Shown: piece after piece, positions 16,268 to 24,982 of the stretch
Numbering within the stretch: position 1 is the stretch's first letter
Layout of the letters: every line of letters begins with the position of its first letter
IMG/VR virus record: IMGVR_UViG_3300027541_000009
Location: 1 to 64,000 of that record
Length of the DNA stretch: 64,000 nt
Strand: one strand, 5' to 3'
Translations under genes and position numbers: made by a program
Notes under the pieces: generated by a model
What the model was told of the DNA's origin: nothing
What the model saw: the letters and a program-made list of their open reading frames with translations, nothing else
Databases searched by the model: none

Positions 16268-16432
16268 ATGCCATTTACTAAGAAATTCCCAAAGTCTGGT
16301 GAAACTAAACACATTCGAGTTCCTGCGGTTTATGCTGACCTAGTGCAAGAGTTAATGGAAGTATTTGATAAGAAATTTGATCCAGAAAGAGGTCAACATT
16401 TTCTTAGAAAATACATCTCAAGTCTTCGATAA
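16268..16432 (+). CDS. small protein, possible ribbon-helix-helix DNA binder (54 aa)
   Basis: Translated by hand: ...ETKHIRVPAVYADLVQELMEVFD... Confidence 0.45.
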   Translation: MPFTKKFPKSGETKHIRVPAVYADLVQELMEVFDKKFDPERGQHFLRKYISSLR

Positions 16433-16444
16433 TCTTTTCTTTAA

Positions 16445-16500
16445 GGACACTTCTAAAACCGTCTGTAATACCTCCAGGGGAGGCAGAAAAGTGCTATAGT
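16445..16500 (+). promoter_or_regulatory. early promoter
   Basis: GGACAC-N8-CCGTC; TGC-TATAGT. Confidence 0.65.
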
Positions 16501-16522
16501 AGGTTCATGAATGGAAAGACCT

Positions 16523-16645
16523 ATGAACACTCCGAACTGGGTCAAGAACTCAGGAAAACAGAAGAAAACAAAAGGTATTTCTAAAAACAAATTAAAATCC
16601 AGAAAACAAGCACTTCAAGCAATTAAGAGGAAATTTGCATTATGA
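16523..16645 (+). CDS. small Lys-rich protein (40 aa)
   Basis: Translated by hand: MNTPNWVKNSGKQKKTKG...; ATGA overlap. Confidence 0.6.
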   Translation: MNTPNWVKNSGKQKKTKGISKNKLKSRKQALQAIKRKFAL

Positions 16646-16896
16646 ATTGTGTTCTTCAAGTAGGAAAAAATAATACCTCATATTCTAGAGGATATTATTA
16701 TGTTGGAGGAGAAGATCCAACTCCATATATACATAGAGCAACAGTCTATGATTCAGAAAAAGATTTTGTTAAAGATCTTTTACAAAGTCATGATGATATT
16801 TGGAATGTTATTTTCATTTCAGATATTGAAGACTGTAGTTCACAAACTCCATATTTTGATTGTTACGAAAAATCAAGGAGGTTAAATTATGTCTAG
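16642..16896 (+). CDS. hypothetical protein
   Basis: Coupled ORF. Confidence 0.65.
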   Translation: MNCVLQVGKNNTSYSRGYYYVGGEDPTPYIHRATVYDSEKDFVKDLLQSHDDIWNVIFISDIEDCSSQTPYFDCYEKSRRLNYV

Positions 16897-17128
16897 AACA
16901 CATCGAATTATTCCTGAATGGAGACATCCTTTTAAAAAACCAAAAACAACTGGGGAAATTAGAAAAAACGTAGGGTTACTTGCTGATGTAAAGACGGATG
17001 ATCTTGAATATAGTATTTCTCACCTCAATCGTCTTCATCGTAGTATTCCTATTCATTGGGATGATAAGTACGTTTCTTCTCTCTTTGAAGACAAACACAA
17101 TTACAAATACAAATCAAAAACACAATAA
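16889..17128 (+). CDS. basic hypothetical protein
   Basis: MSRT...P..WDD pattern. Confidence 0.65.
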   Translation: MSRTHRIIPEWRHPFKKPKTTGEIRKNVGLLADVKTDDLEYSISHLNRLHRSIPIHWDDKYVSSLFEDKHNYKYKSKTQ

Positions 17129-17156
17129 ATAACCATCAAAAGTATTCTAAAGTCAA

Positions 17157-17324
17157 ATGGAACTTAAACTCACTGACAAAGAAAAGAATATTATTCTACA
17201 GGCCTTGTATTATTATGAAGATAATAAATGGTTTGGTAACAAAGATGACGTGAATGCATTGATTAAAAAGTTCGAAAAGAGTGAAAAACTAAATACAGAA
17301 AATTGGATACTCTGCGACTACTAA
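17157..17324 (+). CDS. hypothetical protein (55 aa)
   Basis: Translated by hand; AATAAATA late-like element upstream. Confidence 0.55.
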   Translation: MELKLTDKEKNIILQALYYYEDNKWFGNKDDVNALIKKFEKSEKLNTENWILCDY

Positions 17325-17325
17325 C

Positions 17326-17505
17326 ATGGTTTATTCGCATACTCCTGGAACTTCATTAGCATTTCTACAATTAGAAAATGCTATTAAGGGAAAAACAAAA
17401 GATAATCTTAACGAATTAGTTGGTGAGTTAAAAGTTCTATATGACAAAGCAGTAGAAGTAGATTCTATGTGTAATGATATTAAATCTGGTTCTTATATTC
17501 TTTAA
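17326..17505 (+). CDS. hypothetical protein (59 aa)
   Basis: Translated by hand; starts 1 nt after upstream stop. Confidence 0.55.
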   Translation: MVYSHTPGTSLAFLQLENAIKGKTKDNLNELVGELKVLYDKAVEVDSMCNDIKSGSYIL

Positions 17506-17630
17506 TATAGTAATTCTCCAAACTCCACAGAGTTGATTATATTCATATTTTGATTATTGTCAATATGGGTTTCCCTACCTGATAATATCTTTTAAAAAAC
17601 TGATTTTGATGTTAATGTAAAGCACAACAG

Positions 17631-18107
17631 ATGGACTACTTACAAATTGAACCGAATCAAACTATTCTAGTATTGAATAGTTCTTATGAACCCCTTAATT
17701 TTACAAATTGGAGACGTGCAGTAGTCCTTCTGTTGAAGAATAAAGCACAAGTATTATCTAATCGTGTTATCAGACTTTTAACTTATGTGAGGATACCTCT
17801 ATCTAAGATAAGAGCAAATCGACCAACTCGTTCACTTGTCTATAAACGTGATGATAATACTTGTCAGTATTGTGGATCTAGAGAAAGACTAACTATAGAT
17901 CATATTATTCCAAAATCTCGTGGTGGAGAAGATACATGGGAAAATTTGGCAACTGCATGTTATTCATGTAACATCAAGAAAGGAAACAAAACACCAGAAG
18001 AAATTGGAATGTTTTTGCTTAAGAAACCAAAAGCACCATTGAGTAAGATGAACCTATCCCTCAATAAATCAAATATCAAAGAGTGGAAAGAGTACATTTA
18101 TGTCTAG
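17631..18107 (+). CDS. HNH endonuclease (McrA-like, common cellular type)
   Basis: VLNSSYEPL...RDDNTCQYCG...TIDHIIPKSRGG..TWENLATACYSCNIKKG. Confidence 0.9.
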   Translation: MDYLQIEPNQTILVLNSSYEPLNFTNWRRAVVLLLKNKAQVLSNRVIRLLTYVRIPLSKIRANRPTRSLVYKRDDNTCQYCGSRERLTIDHIIPKSRGGEDTWENLATACYSCNIKKGNKTPEEIGMFLLKKPKAPLSKMNLSLNKSNIKEWKEYIYV

Positions 18108-18164
18108 TGCCACTTTTTGAACTGTCTATATATCCTTCGGTTGGTCCCGATCCCGTGCTATGAT
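18107..18164 (+). promoter_or_regulatory. early promoter
   Basis: GTGCCAC-N8-CTGTC, 41.5 bp before TGC-TATGAT. Confidence 0.8.
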
Positions 18165-18187
18165 TACGGAGTAATCGAAAGGAAAGC

Positions 18188-18589
18188 ATGACTCTCAAGT
18201 TCGAGAAAATCGAAGCAGGTCAATATCGCATTGCTCAAGGTAGTGGAATGATTGGTTTTGTTCGCAAACAGTCTGCTAGCAAGTGGGTTATGTATAAATG
18301 CACCAATCTTTCTATGCTTGGCAATCCTGTTGCTGTAACAAAGACTCTCAAGGATATGAAAGTTCAAGCAGAAGATATTTTCAGCAACTATGAAGTTCCT
18401 GAAATTACTGAAGAAAGTCCTGAACTTGATGCTCTTCTGAATGAAGTTCAATCTGCTCCTGATAAGTTTGAACTTATGAAGGAAATGCTTGAGAAGGGAA
18501 ATTTGATTGAGTTTAATGAGTACAACCTCGAAGGTGAGCAAGTTCCTTTTAGTGAATTTCTTACTGAAGATCAAGCAGTTGCAATTTAA
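18188..18589 (+). CDS. hypothetical protein with acidic tail (paralog of 13997..14416)
   Basis: IEAG.Y, G..RKQ, W..Y..TN motifs shared. Confidence 0.8.
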   Translation: MTLKFEKIEAGQYRIAQGSGMIGFVRKQSASKWVMYKCTNLSMLGNPVAVTKTLKDMKVQAEDIFSNYEVPEITEESPELDALLNEVQSAPDKFELMKEMLEKGNLIEFNEYNLEGEQVPFSEFLTEDQAVAI

Positions 18590-18594
18590 TTAAA

Positions 18595-18774
18595 ATGATT
18601 ACGGTTGAATTGACTCAAGAAGAGTATGATTCTGCATACAAAGCAATTCGATCTTGTGCAGATTGTGGTTCACCTTCAATTTGGGAACCACATTATCCTT
18701 TTTTAAATCGTGTTCTTTTGAAAATGATGAAAGCAGAAGACCCAGAGTATTACAAAAACATTGGTCCTTGGTGA
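18595..18774 (+). CDS. hypothetical protein (59 aa)
   Basis: Translated by hand; TGATG overlap with next ORF. Confidence 0.55.
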   Translation: MITVELTQEEYDSAYKAIRSCADCGSPSIWEPHYPFLNRVLLKMMKAEDPEYYKNIGPW

Positions 18775-18941
18775 TGAATGAAAGACATATTGGATATGAA
18801 ATAGATTGTGATTATCAGTGGGTGAACATGCTCACAACAATGAAAGAAAAGAATCCACAGAGATTCTATGAGTTTTATGATGATAACACCATTTACCATT
18901 ATATGGATAAACTTCAGTATCGTCATTTGACTACTGACTGA
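18774..18941 (+). CDS. hypothetical protein
   Basis: Start moved to ATG 18774. Confidence 0.6.
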   Translation: MNERHIGYEIDCDYQWVNMLTTMKEKNPQRFYEFYDDNTIYHYMDKLQYRHLTTD

Positions 18942-18996
18942 CACTTGTGGAAGTGGCACAGTACATTACCCACTGAGTCCAAATTTACCCTATAAT
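18938..18996 (+). promoter_or_regulatory. early promoter
   Basis: CTGACAC-N8-GTGGCAC, 42.5 bp before TATAAT. Confidence 0.8.
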
Positions 18997-19016
18997 GAGG
19001 ACATCGAGAAAAGGCA

Positions 19017-19280
19017 ATGACCAACTCAAATCTCTCTAAAATCAAACCCAAACTTCGCACTCAAGGTGTTGTATCAGGGAACTTCGGACGTGCTAAAGTT
19101 AAAGCAGGTTCTCCAATGCGTGATCTTGGTGTCACAAATGCCAAGGTAGTTAAAGTCAACACTCAAGAGGAGTATTTGCATCGTCTATATCGTGCTTATG
19201 CAGCAGCAGATGATGTAAAATTGAAGAAGTTTATTTTTGATGAGATCAAAAAGATTCTGATTCAAAGGGGAGAATGGTAA
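19017..19280 (+). CDS. basic hypothetical protein
   Basis: ORF after promoter. Confidence 0.75.
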   Translation: MTNSNLSKIKPKLRTQGVVSGNFGRAKVKAGSPMRDLGVTNAKVVKVNTQEEYLHRLYRAYAAADDVKLKKFIFDEIKKILIQRGEW

Positions 19281-19447
19281 TGACTGGAATACAAATTGAA
19301 TGTGAGATTCAAAAAGCAGTCAAGCAGCACTTGCTTGACTGTATGACAAGACCAGAGTATTATAATTATCCTCATGTAGATCTAATTGCAGATTATACTG
19401 CAAAGATTGAAAAGATTGATAAATTTCTAGAAATTTTTGATAAGTAA
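19280..19447 (+). CDS. hypothetical protein (55 aa)
   Basis: TAATG overlap; translated by hand. Confidence 0.55.
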   Translation: MTGIQIECEIQKAVKQHLLDCMTRPEYYNYPHVDLIADYTAKIEKIDKFLEIFDK

Positions 19448-19453
19448 CTTGTT

Positions 19454-19642
19454 TTGATTCCCTCTCTTGAAAAAATGAAACCAAAAATCTACAACATTCT
19501 TTCAGAAGCAATAGAAGAGGGAATTACTTTAGGTTATCGAAGAGCACATAAACATGTAGATAACCCATCTGAACAACATATCCTAGATTCAATTCATGAT
19601 TCGATTATGAATCAAGTTTGTGAATACTTTGATTTTGAGTGA
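19454..19642 (+). CDS. hypothetical protein
   Basis: ORF track; start could be ATG 19476. Confidence 0.65.
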   Translation: MIPSLEKMKPKIYNILSEAIEEGITLGYRRAHKHVDNPSEQHILDSIHDSIMNQVCEYFDFE

Positions 19643-19643
19643 C

Positions 19644-19829
19644 ATGACTACATTTGTTGCAGGATTGGAAGTATATTATAATGGGATGTATGGTGTAATA
19701 AGACACGTTGATGATCAATACATTACAGTTTGTACAAAACTTGGATATCATAAATCTAAAGATGTGTGTATTGTTGTTTATCGAGACCGATACGAATTGA
19801 TAACACTTAAAACCGAGTCAGAAAAGTGA
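19644..19829 (+). CDS. hypothetical protein
   Basis: Start moved to ATG 19644. Confidence 0.6.
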   Translation: MTTFVAGLEVYYNGMYGVIRHVDDQYITVCTKLGYHKSKDVCIVVYRDRYELITLKTESEK

Positions 19830-19832
19830 GGA

Positions 19833-19891
19833 TGTGCCACTTGTAGAACTGGCACAGTAAAATCCCATACCCTCAGTTTCTGTGCTATGAT
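19833..19891 (+). promoter_or_regulatory. early promoter
   Basis: TGTGCCAC-N8-CTGGCACA, 41.5 bp before TATGAT. Confidence 0.85.
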
Positions 19892-19977
19892 ACTCGTATC
19901 AAAGGTTGAAGATGTGCCCTGATTTCAGTGGTAAGTTTCAGTTTTAATTCTCTTTTCTTTTTTTGGTTTTCATCAAA

Positions 19978-20118
19978 ATGCAACTCAATTTTGAAGAACT
20001 TGATGCTATCCTTGCACTCATTGAGTTCCATGATGATTGGGATGAAGTTAGTGAAATCATCGGATGCAACATTTCAGAACTCTATGACAAACTCTCTGAA
20101 ATGAGAGATGAAGTCTGA
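19978..20118 (+). CDS. small acidic protein (46 aa)
   Basis: Translated by hand: MQLNFEELDAILALIEFHDDW... Confidence 0.6.
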   Translation: MQLNFEELDAILALIEFHDDWDEVSEIIGCNISELYDKLSEMRDEV

Positions 20119-20154
20119 TTTAATAAATTATTACACCCATTTTACACTAAACTA

Positions 20155-20706
20155 ATGCATTTCATCGACTATCTAGAAACTCAGGTTAATTGGAATAAAG
20201 TTTTTGGTGTTGTTGATTCCGTCTATTCTGATGATGGATTCAAGTCCAATGCAGACAACTTTATTCGATCTATTTCCATTGAGAAAGCAATCGAAAAGTT
20301 TTCAGATGTCGAACGTGTAGATAAAAATGGGTATGATTTTTTGTATGATAAATCAGTAAAGGTTGAAATGAAAGTGGGTAAGAATTTGTTTTATAAAAAC
20401 AACCCATTTACCACCAAAAAATTCAAAGTTAAGTCTTTTCTTTCCGCAACAAAAACTGTTGAGGATTTTCAACAAGTTAGCACATTCGATTATCTTTTGG
20501 TGATTGATCTTACTGCACGTCGAGTTGTAGTTGTTGAAGATGAAGTTGCACGTCCACTTTATGAAAGTGGTGCAGATGGTGCTATGATTCAACTGACCAA
20601 AGGTACATTCTATGAATGTGAAATTGGTGAAGTTAATCCTATTGCACCAAAATATAAACTCTCTGAGTTGATTGAGAGTGCATATCAAACTTTTCTTGAT
20701 TTTTGA
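20155..20706 (+). CDS. putative PD-(D/E)xK nuclease-fold protein
   Basis: GYDF...KVEMK spacing resembles PD...(D/E)xK. Confidence 0.45.
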   Translation: MHFIDYLETQVNWNKVFGVVDSVYSDDGFKSNADNFIRSISIEKAIEKFSDVERVDKNGYDFLYDKSVKVEMKVGKNLFYKNNPFTTKKFKVKSFLSATKTVEDFQQVSTFDYLLVIDLTARRVVVVEDEVARPLYESGADGAMIQLTKGTFYECEIGEVNPIAPKYKLSELIESAYQTFLDF

Positions 20707-20717
20707 GGTTTAGTAAA

Positions 20718-20894
20718 ATGACTTACCAAGATCTTCTTTTGTTTCTTCAGACTCTCGACCATAATCAACTCAAATGTGAAGTTGCAGTTTATGATGAACT
20801 ATCTGACGTATTGAAAGATGCTATATCTTTGAGAATCACCGATCGTGAAACACATTCAGTGATTGATAAAGATTATCCATATCTTGTAGTCTAA
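20718..20894 (+). CDS. hypothetical protein
   Basis: ATG 20718. Confidence 0.6.
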   Translation: MTYQDLLLFLQTLDHNQLKCEVAVYDELSDVLKDAISLRITDRETHSVIDKDYPYLVV

Positions 20895-20906
20895 TTATTA
20901 TATGAG

Positions 20907-20966
20907 TGTGCCACTTGTACAAGTGGCACTGATGCTATTGTGGTGCCTAAGATTCTAGGGTATTAT
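20907..20966 (+). promoter_or_regulatory. early promoter
   Basis: Perfect palindrome GTGCCACTTGTACAAGTGGCAC; TATTAT. Confidence 0.8.
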
Positions 20967-20989
20967 AGATTCATGGTTGAGGAATTCCA

Positions 20990-21154
20990 ATGACTTACAT
21001 CCCGCATCTGTCATACATTCCATATTTGAAGGTGCCTGAAAATCGGGTGCGTCTTGCATTTGATTGGTATAATAGGAATGTAAACCATCCGATGAACTTT
21101 CCGTGCTATGCTTACTGGATTCAGGAGTGTGAAAATGATGGAACCGACTACTAA
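20990..21154 (+). CDS. hypothetical protein (54 aa)
   Basis: GAGGA SD; translated by hand. Confidence 0.6.
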   Translation: MTYIPHLSYIPYLKVPENRVRLAFDWYNRNVNHPMNFPCYAYWIQECENDGTDY

Positions 21155-21335
21155 AAATATGCTTGATACTGTACTGATGATTGAAGACATTTTATCTACA
21201 AAACAGATGACTGCTCTTCGAGACATTCTCTACTTCTACAAAGAGTTTGAGTTGGAACTTTATAAGTATCCCCCTGAGGATACTTTGTTCACTGAAACTC
21301 AAAGAGAATTATTTAAAATCTTTGACATTAAATGA
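21135..21335 (+). CDS. hypothetical protein
   Basis: AGGAG SD before ATG 21135. Confidence 0.6.
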   Translation: MMEPTTKNMLDTVLMIEDILSTKQMTALRDILYFYKEFELELYKYPPEDTLFTETQRELFKIFDIK

Positions 21336-21538
21336 CACACATTTCTTTTACTTCTGGTGAGATTCTAGACATAATTTCTGCACTAGATGAAAAAGCAGAA
21401 AATGCAGAAGAATTTGAATATTATGAGTTGTCTGCTTATTACTTAAATCTTGTAAAACAATTTAGGATTGTTTCTAATACATTGAATGAGTATCAACCAG
21501 AAAATCGAGTAGCAAATCTTATTCTCACTATAAATTGA
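21332..21538 (+). CDS. hypothetical protein
   Basis: ATGA overlap. Confidence 0.65.
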   Translation: MTHISFTSGEILDIISALDEKAENAEEFEYYELSAYYLNLVKQFRIVSNTLNEYQPENRVANLILTIN

Positions 21539-21631
21539 GAATTTGTACTCAATAAGTTTCAAAAGGTTGCGAAATAGACTCATCTCTGATACATTATACA
21601 AGTACCTTTTAATTTGACTAAAACCATACTA

Positions 21632-21790
21632 ATGGAAGAAACTATCACTACTCATAAATCTGTAAACATTTCAGTCTATTTCAATGATGAAATGGATGAC
21701 GGTGAAGTACAAGATTTTGTAGATCGCATCCTTCACAAGTATCAACATCCAGATGATGTTGTAAAAGATTATGAATATTGGTATGAATAA
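21632..21790 (+). CDS. small acidic protein (52 aa)
   Basis: Translated by hand. Confidence 0.55.
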   Translation: MEETITTHKSVNISVYFNDEMDDGEVQDFVDRILHKYQHPDDVVKDYEYWYE

Positions 21791-21825
21791 AGATTATAAA
21801 TAACGAGAATACTATTTTTTTAACT

Positions 21826-22032
21826 ATGACTGAACAACAGCAACATCTAATTCAACTTCTTCAGCAGAGAGATGAAATCTCTAAAAGAAATGCTAATGAT
21901 AGGGAACTTATTCTAAAACTTCAAGGTGCAATTGAATATCTAACCCAAATTGGGGTAACATTGCCCGAACCCCCAACAGAAGAAACTGCAGAAACTGCAG
22001 AATCAACTGAAGAAGTTAGCACAGAAGAGTGA
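21826..22032 (+). CDS. late-expressed coiled-coil protein
   Basis: TATAAATA at 21795-21802 directly upstream. Confidence 0.7.
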   Translation: MTEQQQHLIQLLQQRDEISKRNANDRELILKLQGAIEYLTQIGVTLPEPPTEETAETAESTEEVSTEE

Positions 22033-22040
22033 TATTCTTG

Positions 22041-22106
22041 ATTCAATGTGCCACTACTTTTAGTGGCACATTGAATCTCCCAAGCACACGTTTGGTGTGC
22101 TATGAT
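22041..22106 (+). promoter_or_regulatory. early promoter with extended palindrome
   Basis: ATTCAATGTGCCAC-N8-GTGGCACATTGAAT; TGC-TATGAT. Confidence 0.85.
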
Positions 22107-22138
22107 ACTCGTATCAAAGGTTTTGAAGTTCTCTTGTT

Positions 22139-22495
22139 ATGACGTTTTTTGAAACCCTGACTAAAGAAGACTATCTAGAAAAGTATAAAGATAGCACAAA
22201 GTCAAAAGTTCGATCAAAAATCAATGAACTCCTTGATGACGGTTGTAGTCAGGAATCAATCGAGGAGTTTATTGATATATTTGGTGAAGATCAAATAGAA
22301 GGTTTTCATGATTCTTATTGTGGAAATCATTATTCTGGTGCAGAATATGCCAAACAATTTGTAAATGATTGTTGGTATGAGGTGTTTGATAGGATGCCAG
22401 GATTTATGGAAATTGACTGGGTAAAAACCTGGAACAATTTAACTGATGATTATACGATTACTGATAAAGGTAACGTTTTTAATAAAAACTTCTGA
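22139..22495 (+). CDS. ArdA-like antirestriction protein (C-terminal domain)
   Basis: YCG.HYSGAEYAKQFV...EIDWVKTW.NL..DY....GNVF resembles ArdA domain 3; acidic. Confidence 0.55.
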   Translation: MTFFETLTKEDYLEKYKDSTKSKVRSKINELLDDGCSQESIEEFIDIFGEDQIEGFHDSYCGNHYSGAEYAKQFVNDCWYEVFDRMPGFMEIDWVKTWNNLTDDYTITDKGNVFNKNF

Positions 22496-22510
22496 TTTTT
22501 ACTTATTAGC

Positions 22511-22717
22511 ATGAACTACAAAGTTACTGAGATTGAATTTGATTTCACTGATGATCTTAATGAAGATGCACTAGATTTTGAATCAAAAGATGAAATCTAT
22601 GATGATGTATTGTCTACCGTTTGGGAAGCAGATGATGAAGATGATCTAATTGAAGAAATCACTGCTGCTCATGGTTGGTGCATCAAGTCCATTGATTATG
22701 TTCACGTTCTGAAATGA
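22511..22717 (+). CDS. very acidic hypothetical protein
   Basis: About one third D/E. Confidence 0.7.
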   Translation: MNYKVTEIEFDFTDDLNEDALDFESKDEIYDDVLSTVWEADDEDDLIEEITAAHGWCIKSIDYVHVLK

Positions 22718-22881
22718 CCGAACTCAAAGATTATTACTTCACTGATGGGCAGATTGACTTTATCATGAACTTTCTCCGTGATAATGCTCATAATCCAGAA
22801 TACAAAGGTGACAAAGATTGGATACAAGATTTGTCCAATCAAATTGAAGACCAAATTGTCAATCATCCCACCAATGACTAA
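22714..22881 (+). CDS. hypothetical protein (55 aa)
   Basis: ATGA overlap; translated by hand. Confidence 0.55.
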   Translation: MTELKDYYFTDGQIDFIMNFLRDNAHNPEYKGDKDWIQDLSNQIEDQIVNHPTND

Positions 22882-22883
22882 CA

Positions 22884-23081
22884 GTGACCCAAATTATTCC
22901 AAAAATCTCATTAGTTGAGTTTAGTTTCTCGGTAGAAAGTTTTATGGATGAATGGGAGTATTATACTCCTGATGAAGAACCTACTCAAAAAGATTATGAT
23001 GAATGGGTAATGTCTTATACTTATGAGATATTAAAAGATCCAGACTATTCTCCACATGTTAAATTGATCGAAGATAACTGA
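22884..23081 (+). CDS. acidic hypothetical protein
   Basis: GTG start; resembles 506..718. Confidence 0.65.
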   Translation: MTQIIPKISLVEFSFSVESFMDEWEYYTPDEEPTQKDYDEWVMSYTYEILKDPDYSPHVKLIEDN

Positions 23082-23083
23082 TT

Positions 23084-23344
23084 ATGTATCGAAACCTTGC
23101 TAATTTGAAACAACGGGTCGATGATCTGATTGCAACATATGGTGAAGATGCCAATGTTGCAGCATTTGTCTTCAGTCCTGCTGATGTATTTGAAATGGAT
23201 GAAAACTTCAATGAGGTTTATCTTCCAAATGAAGATGCAAATGAAGTTCTCTATGAAGTGGGAAACACTGATTACATTTACGAGCAAATTGGTGAATGTA
23301 TTGATGATGAAATTCGCAGGTTAAAGTTGAAAAAAACCTATTGA
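23084..23344 (+). CDS. acidic hypothetical protein
   Basis: ORF track. Confidence 0.7.
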   Translation: MYRNLANLKQRVDDLIATYGEDANVAAFVFSPADVFEMDENFNEVYLPNEDANEVLYEVGNTDYIYEQIGECIDDEIRRLKLKKTY

Positions 23345-23379
23345 ATTTGAAATTTATCTAAAAACTCTGGAAATTTGTA

Positions 23380-23799
23380 ATGTCTTACACTCAATTTGTT
23401 GCAACTGCATCTCTGTCTGTTGTTGATGACTTTAACTTGAAAAGTTATCTCGATGCAATCTCAACTCGTTCATTAACTGAAGAGAACTTCTTGCTTGAAG
23501 AGTATGGTGAAGTTGATGGTAAAATTGATCTCGATTTTGATAGTTATGTTCATCAAGTTGGAGATCGAATTCTAATTGAATGTGACACTGAAGAAGATAA
23601 TAACAACTCTGAAGTTTGGGATTGGTTAATTGATCAATTTCTTCCTATTATGACTTCTCAATTTGTTGAAATTAAATCTGCAACTGTTGATAGTCGCAAT
23701 GGTGTTGATATTGATTTCACTCTTTATGGGAAAGATCATAAAATTGTTCAACTGAGTGATTTGGTTGGAAATTATCTGTCCAGTCTTGCAGTTCAGTGA
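23380..23799 (+). CDS. acidic hypothetical protein
   Basis: ORF track. Confidence 0.75.
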   Translation: MSYTQFVATASLSVVDDFNLKSYLDAISTRSLTEENFLLEEYGEVDGKIDLDFDSYVHQVGDRILIECDTEEDNNNSEVWDWLIDQFLPIMTSQFVEIKSATVDSRNGVDIDFTLYGKDHKIVQLSDLVGNYLSSLAVQ

Positions 23800-23804
23800 T
23801 GCGG

Positions 23805-23862
23805 TGTGCCACTTGTACTGGTGGCACAGTAAATGAGCACGGTGCCCAAAATGTGGTATTGT
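23805..23862 (+). promoter_or_regulatory. early promoter
   Basis: TGTGCCAC-N8-GTGGCACA; TGG-TATTGT. Confidence 0.8.
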
Positions 23863-23925
23863 ATAGGGGTGGTGAGGGAAGGGCAACCAACCCACCCCAC
23901 AAACGTCAAACTAACTCAAACTAAA

Positions 23926-24078
23926 ATGACTGTTGATTTCTCGAAAGATGTTATGCTCGGTATGCTCCGCAAGGGTGCTACTGGCAATCAGATTCTGGAC
24001 ATCCTGAATGTGATTGTGAGTGATAAAGATGCAGACATTGAGGGTGGTTATGCTGCTTTGAGTGACGACGACATCTGA
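23926..24078 (+). CDS. small protein, MLGMLRKG family (50 aa)
   Basis: Start moved to ATG 23926; paralog at 29578. Confidence 0.75.
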   Translation: MTVDFSKDVMLGMLRKGATGNQILDILNVIVSDKDADIEGGYAALSDDDI

Positions 24079-24172
24079 TTAAATAGAAACGATAGAGTGC
24101 AAGTCCCTGTTACATCCTGATGAGGTGTATCACACTTGCACCATCAACTTAATTCATTTGCTTTTGACTCCA

Positions 24173-24358
24173 ATGTTTGTTGCTTGCCCTGTTACTTTCA
24201 CTCTTGAAGATGCAGAGTGGTTTGATGACATTGATGAAGCAAAAGAAGATGCACTTGATTGGAGTGTAGAACTCTCTGGTGAGAATGTGATTGTTTATGA
24301 AGCAATCGAAGGCAATTATGGTTACGACTTCAAACCTGTAAGTTCTATCTGTGCCTGA
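24173..24358 (+). CDS. acidic hypothetical protein
   Basis: Start moved to ATG 24173. Confidence 0.65.
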   Translation: MFVACPVTFTLEDAEWFDDIDEAKEDALDWSVELSGENVIVYEAIEGNYGYDFKPVSSICA

Positions 24359-24360
24359 TC

Positions 24361-24416
24361 GACAGTGCTACAACTGTCCACTTTCATCCTAATCGGCACC
24401 TGTGGGGTGCTACAAT
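24361..24416 (+). promoter_or_regulatory. early promoter
   Basis: GACAG-N8-CTGTC, 41.5 bp before TGC-TACAAT. Confidence 0.75.
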
Positions 24417-24440
24417 AGGTTCATCAACCAAAAAGGAACA

Positions 24441-24662
24441 ATGAATCAAACTCAAATTGTTGATGCCATCCTTGATGCACTGAATAATCTCTATAATTGG
24501 GATGTAAATTGCTTTCACTATTGGATTGAAGAACTGTATGATGGTGATGATGAGATTTGGAATAACTGGACTCTAGATAATCTTGCTCGTATTGAGAAGG
24601 ATGTAATGTATTCTTTCGGTGATTTGATGGATCAGGGTCGTGCCGAACTGATTGGCAAATGA
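24441..24662 (+). CDS. acidic hypothetical protein
   Basis: AAGGA SD before ATG 24441. Confidence 0.7.
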   Translation: MNQTQIVDAILDALNNLYNWDVNCFHYWIEELYDGDDEIWNNWTLDNLARIEKDVMYSFGDLMDQGRAELIGK

Positions 24663-24920
24663 GAAGCAAGACATTAACTTTCAAAGCACCGAACAAGATG
24701 CGAACTATAATTCTTATCTTTGCAGTTGCATTTATCTTCTCTCCTGGAGTAAGAAATCTAACTGCAAATACTCTTCACACTGTTGCTGACATTATTTCTT
24801 CCAAATGAGCAAACAAGAGTTTATGAAGAAAGTTATTCTTCAAATTCGATTTCTTACCAATCATGGAAGGCATAAAGAAGCAAGTGAATTGTATATCAAG
24901 CACTTTGGAGTTTAAGATCA

Positions 24921-24982
24921 TGTGTGACACATGTTTTAGTGGCACACTACACTCCCCAAACCCCCTCTAGACCTGCTATACT
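24921..24982 (+). promoter_or_regulatory. early promoter
   Basis: TGTGTGACAC-N8-GTGGCACA; TGC-TATACT. Confidence 0.8.

Noticed and set aside
19888-19901. TGATAC-N2-GTATCA as an NtcA box
   Set aside because: NtcA sites are GTA-N8-TAC; spacing and orientation do not match.
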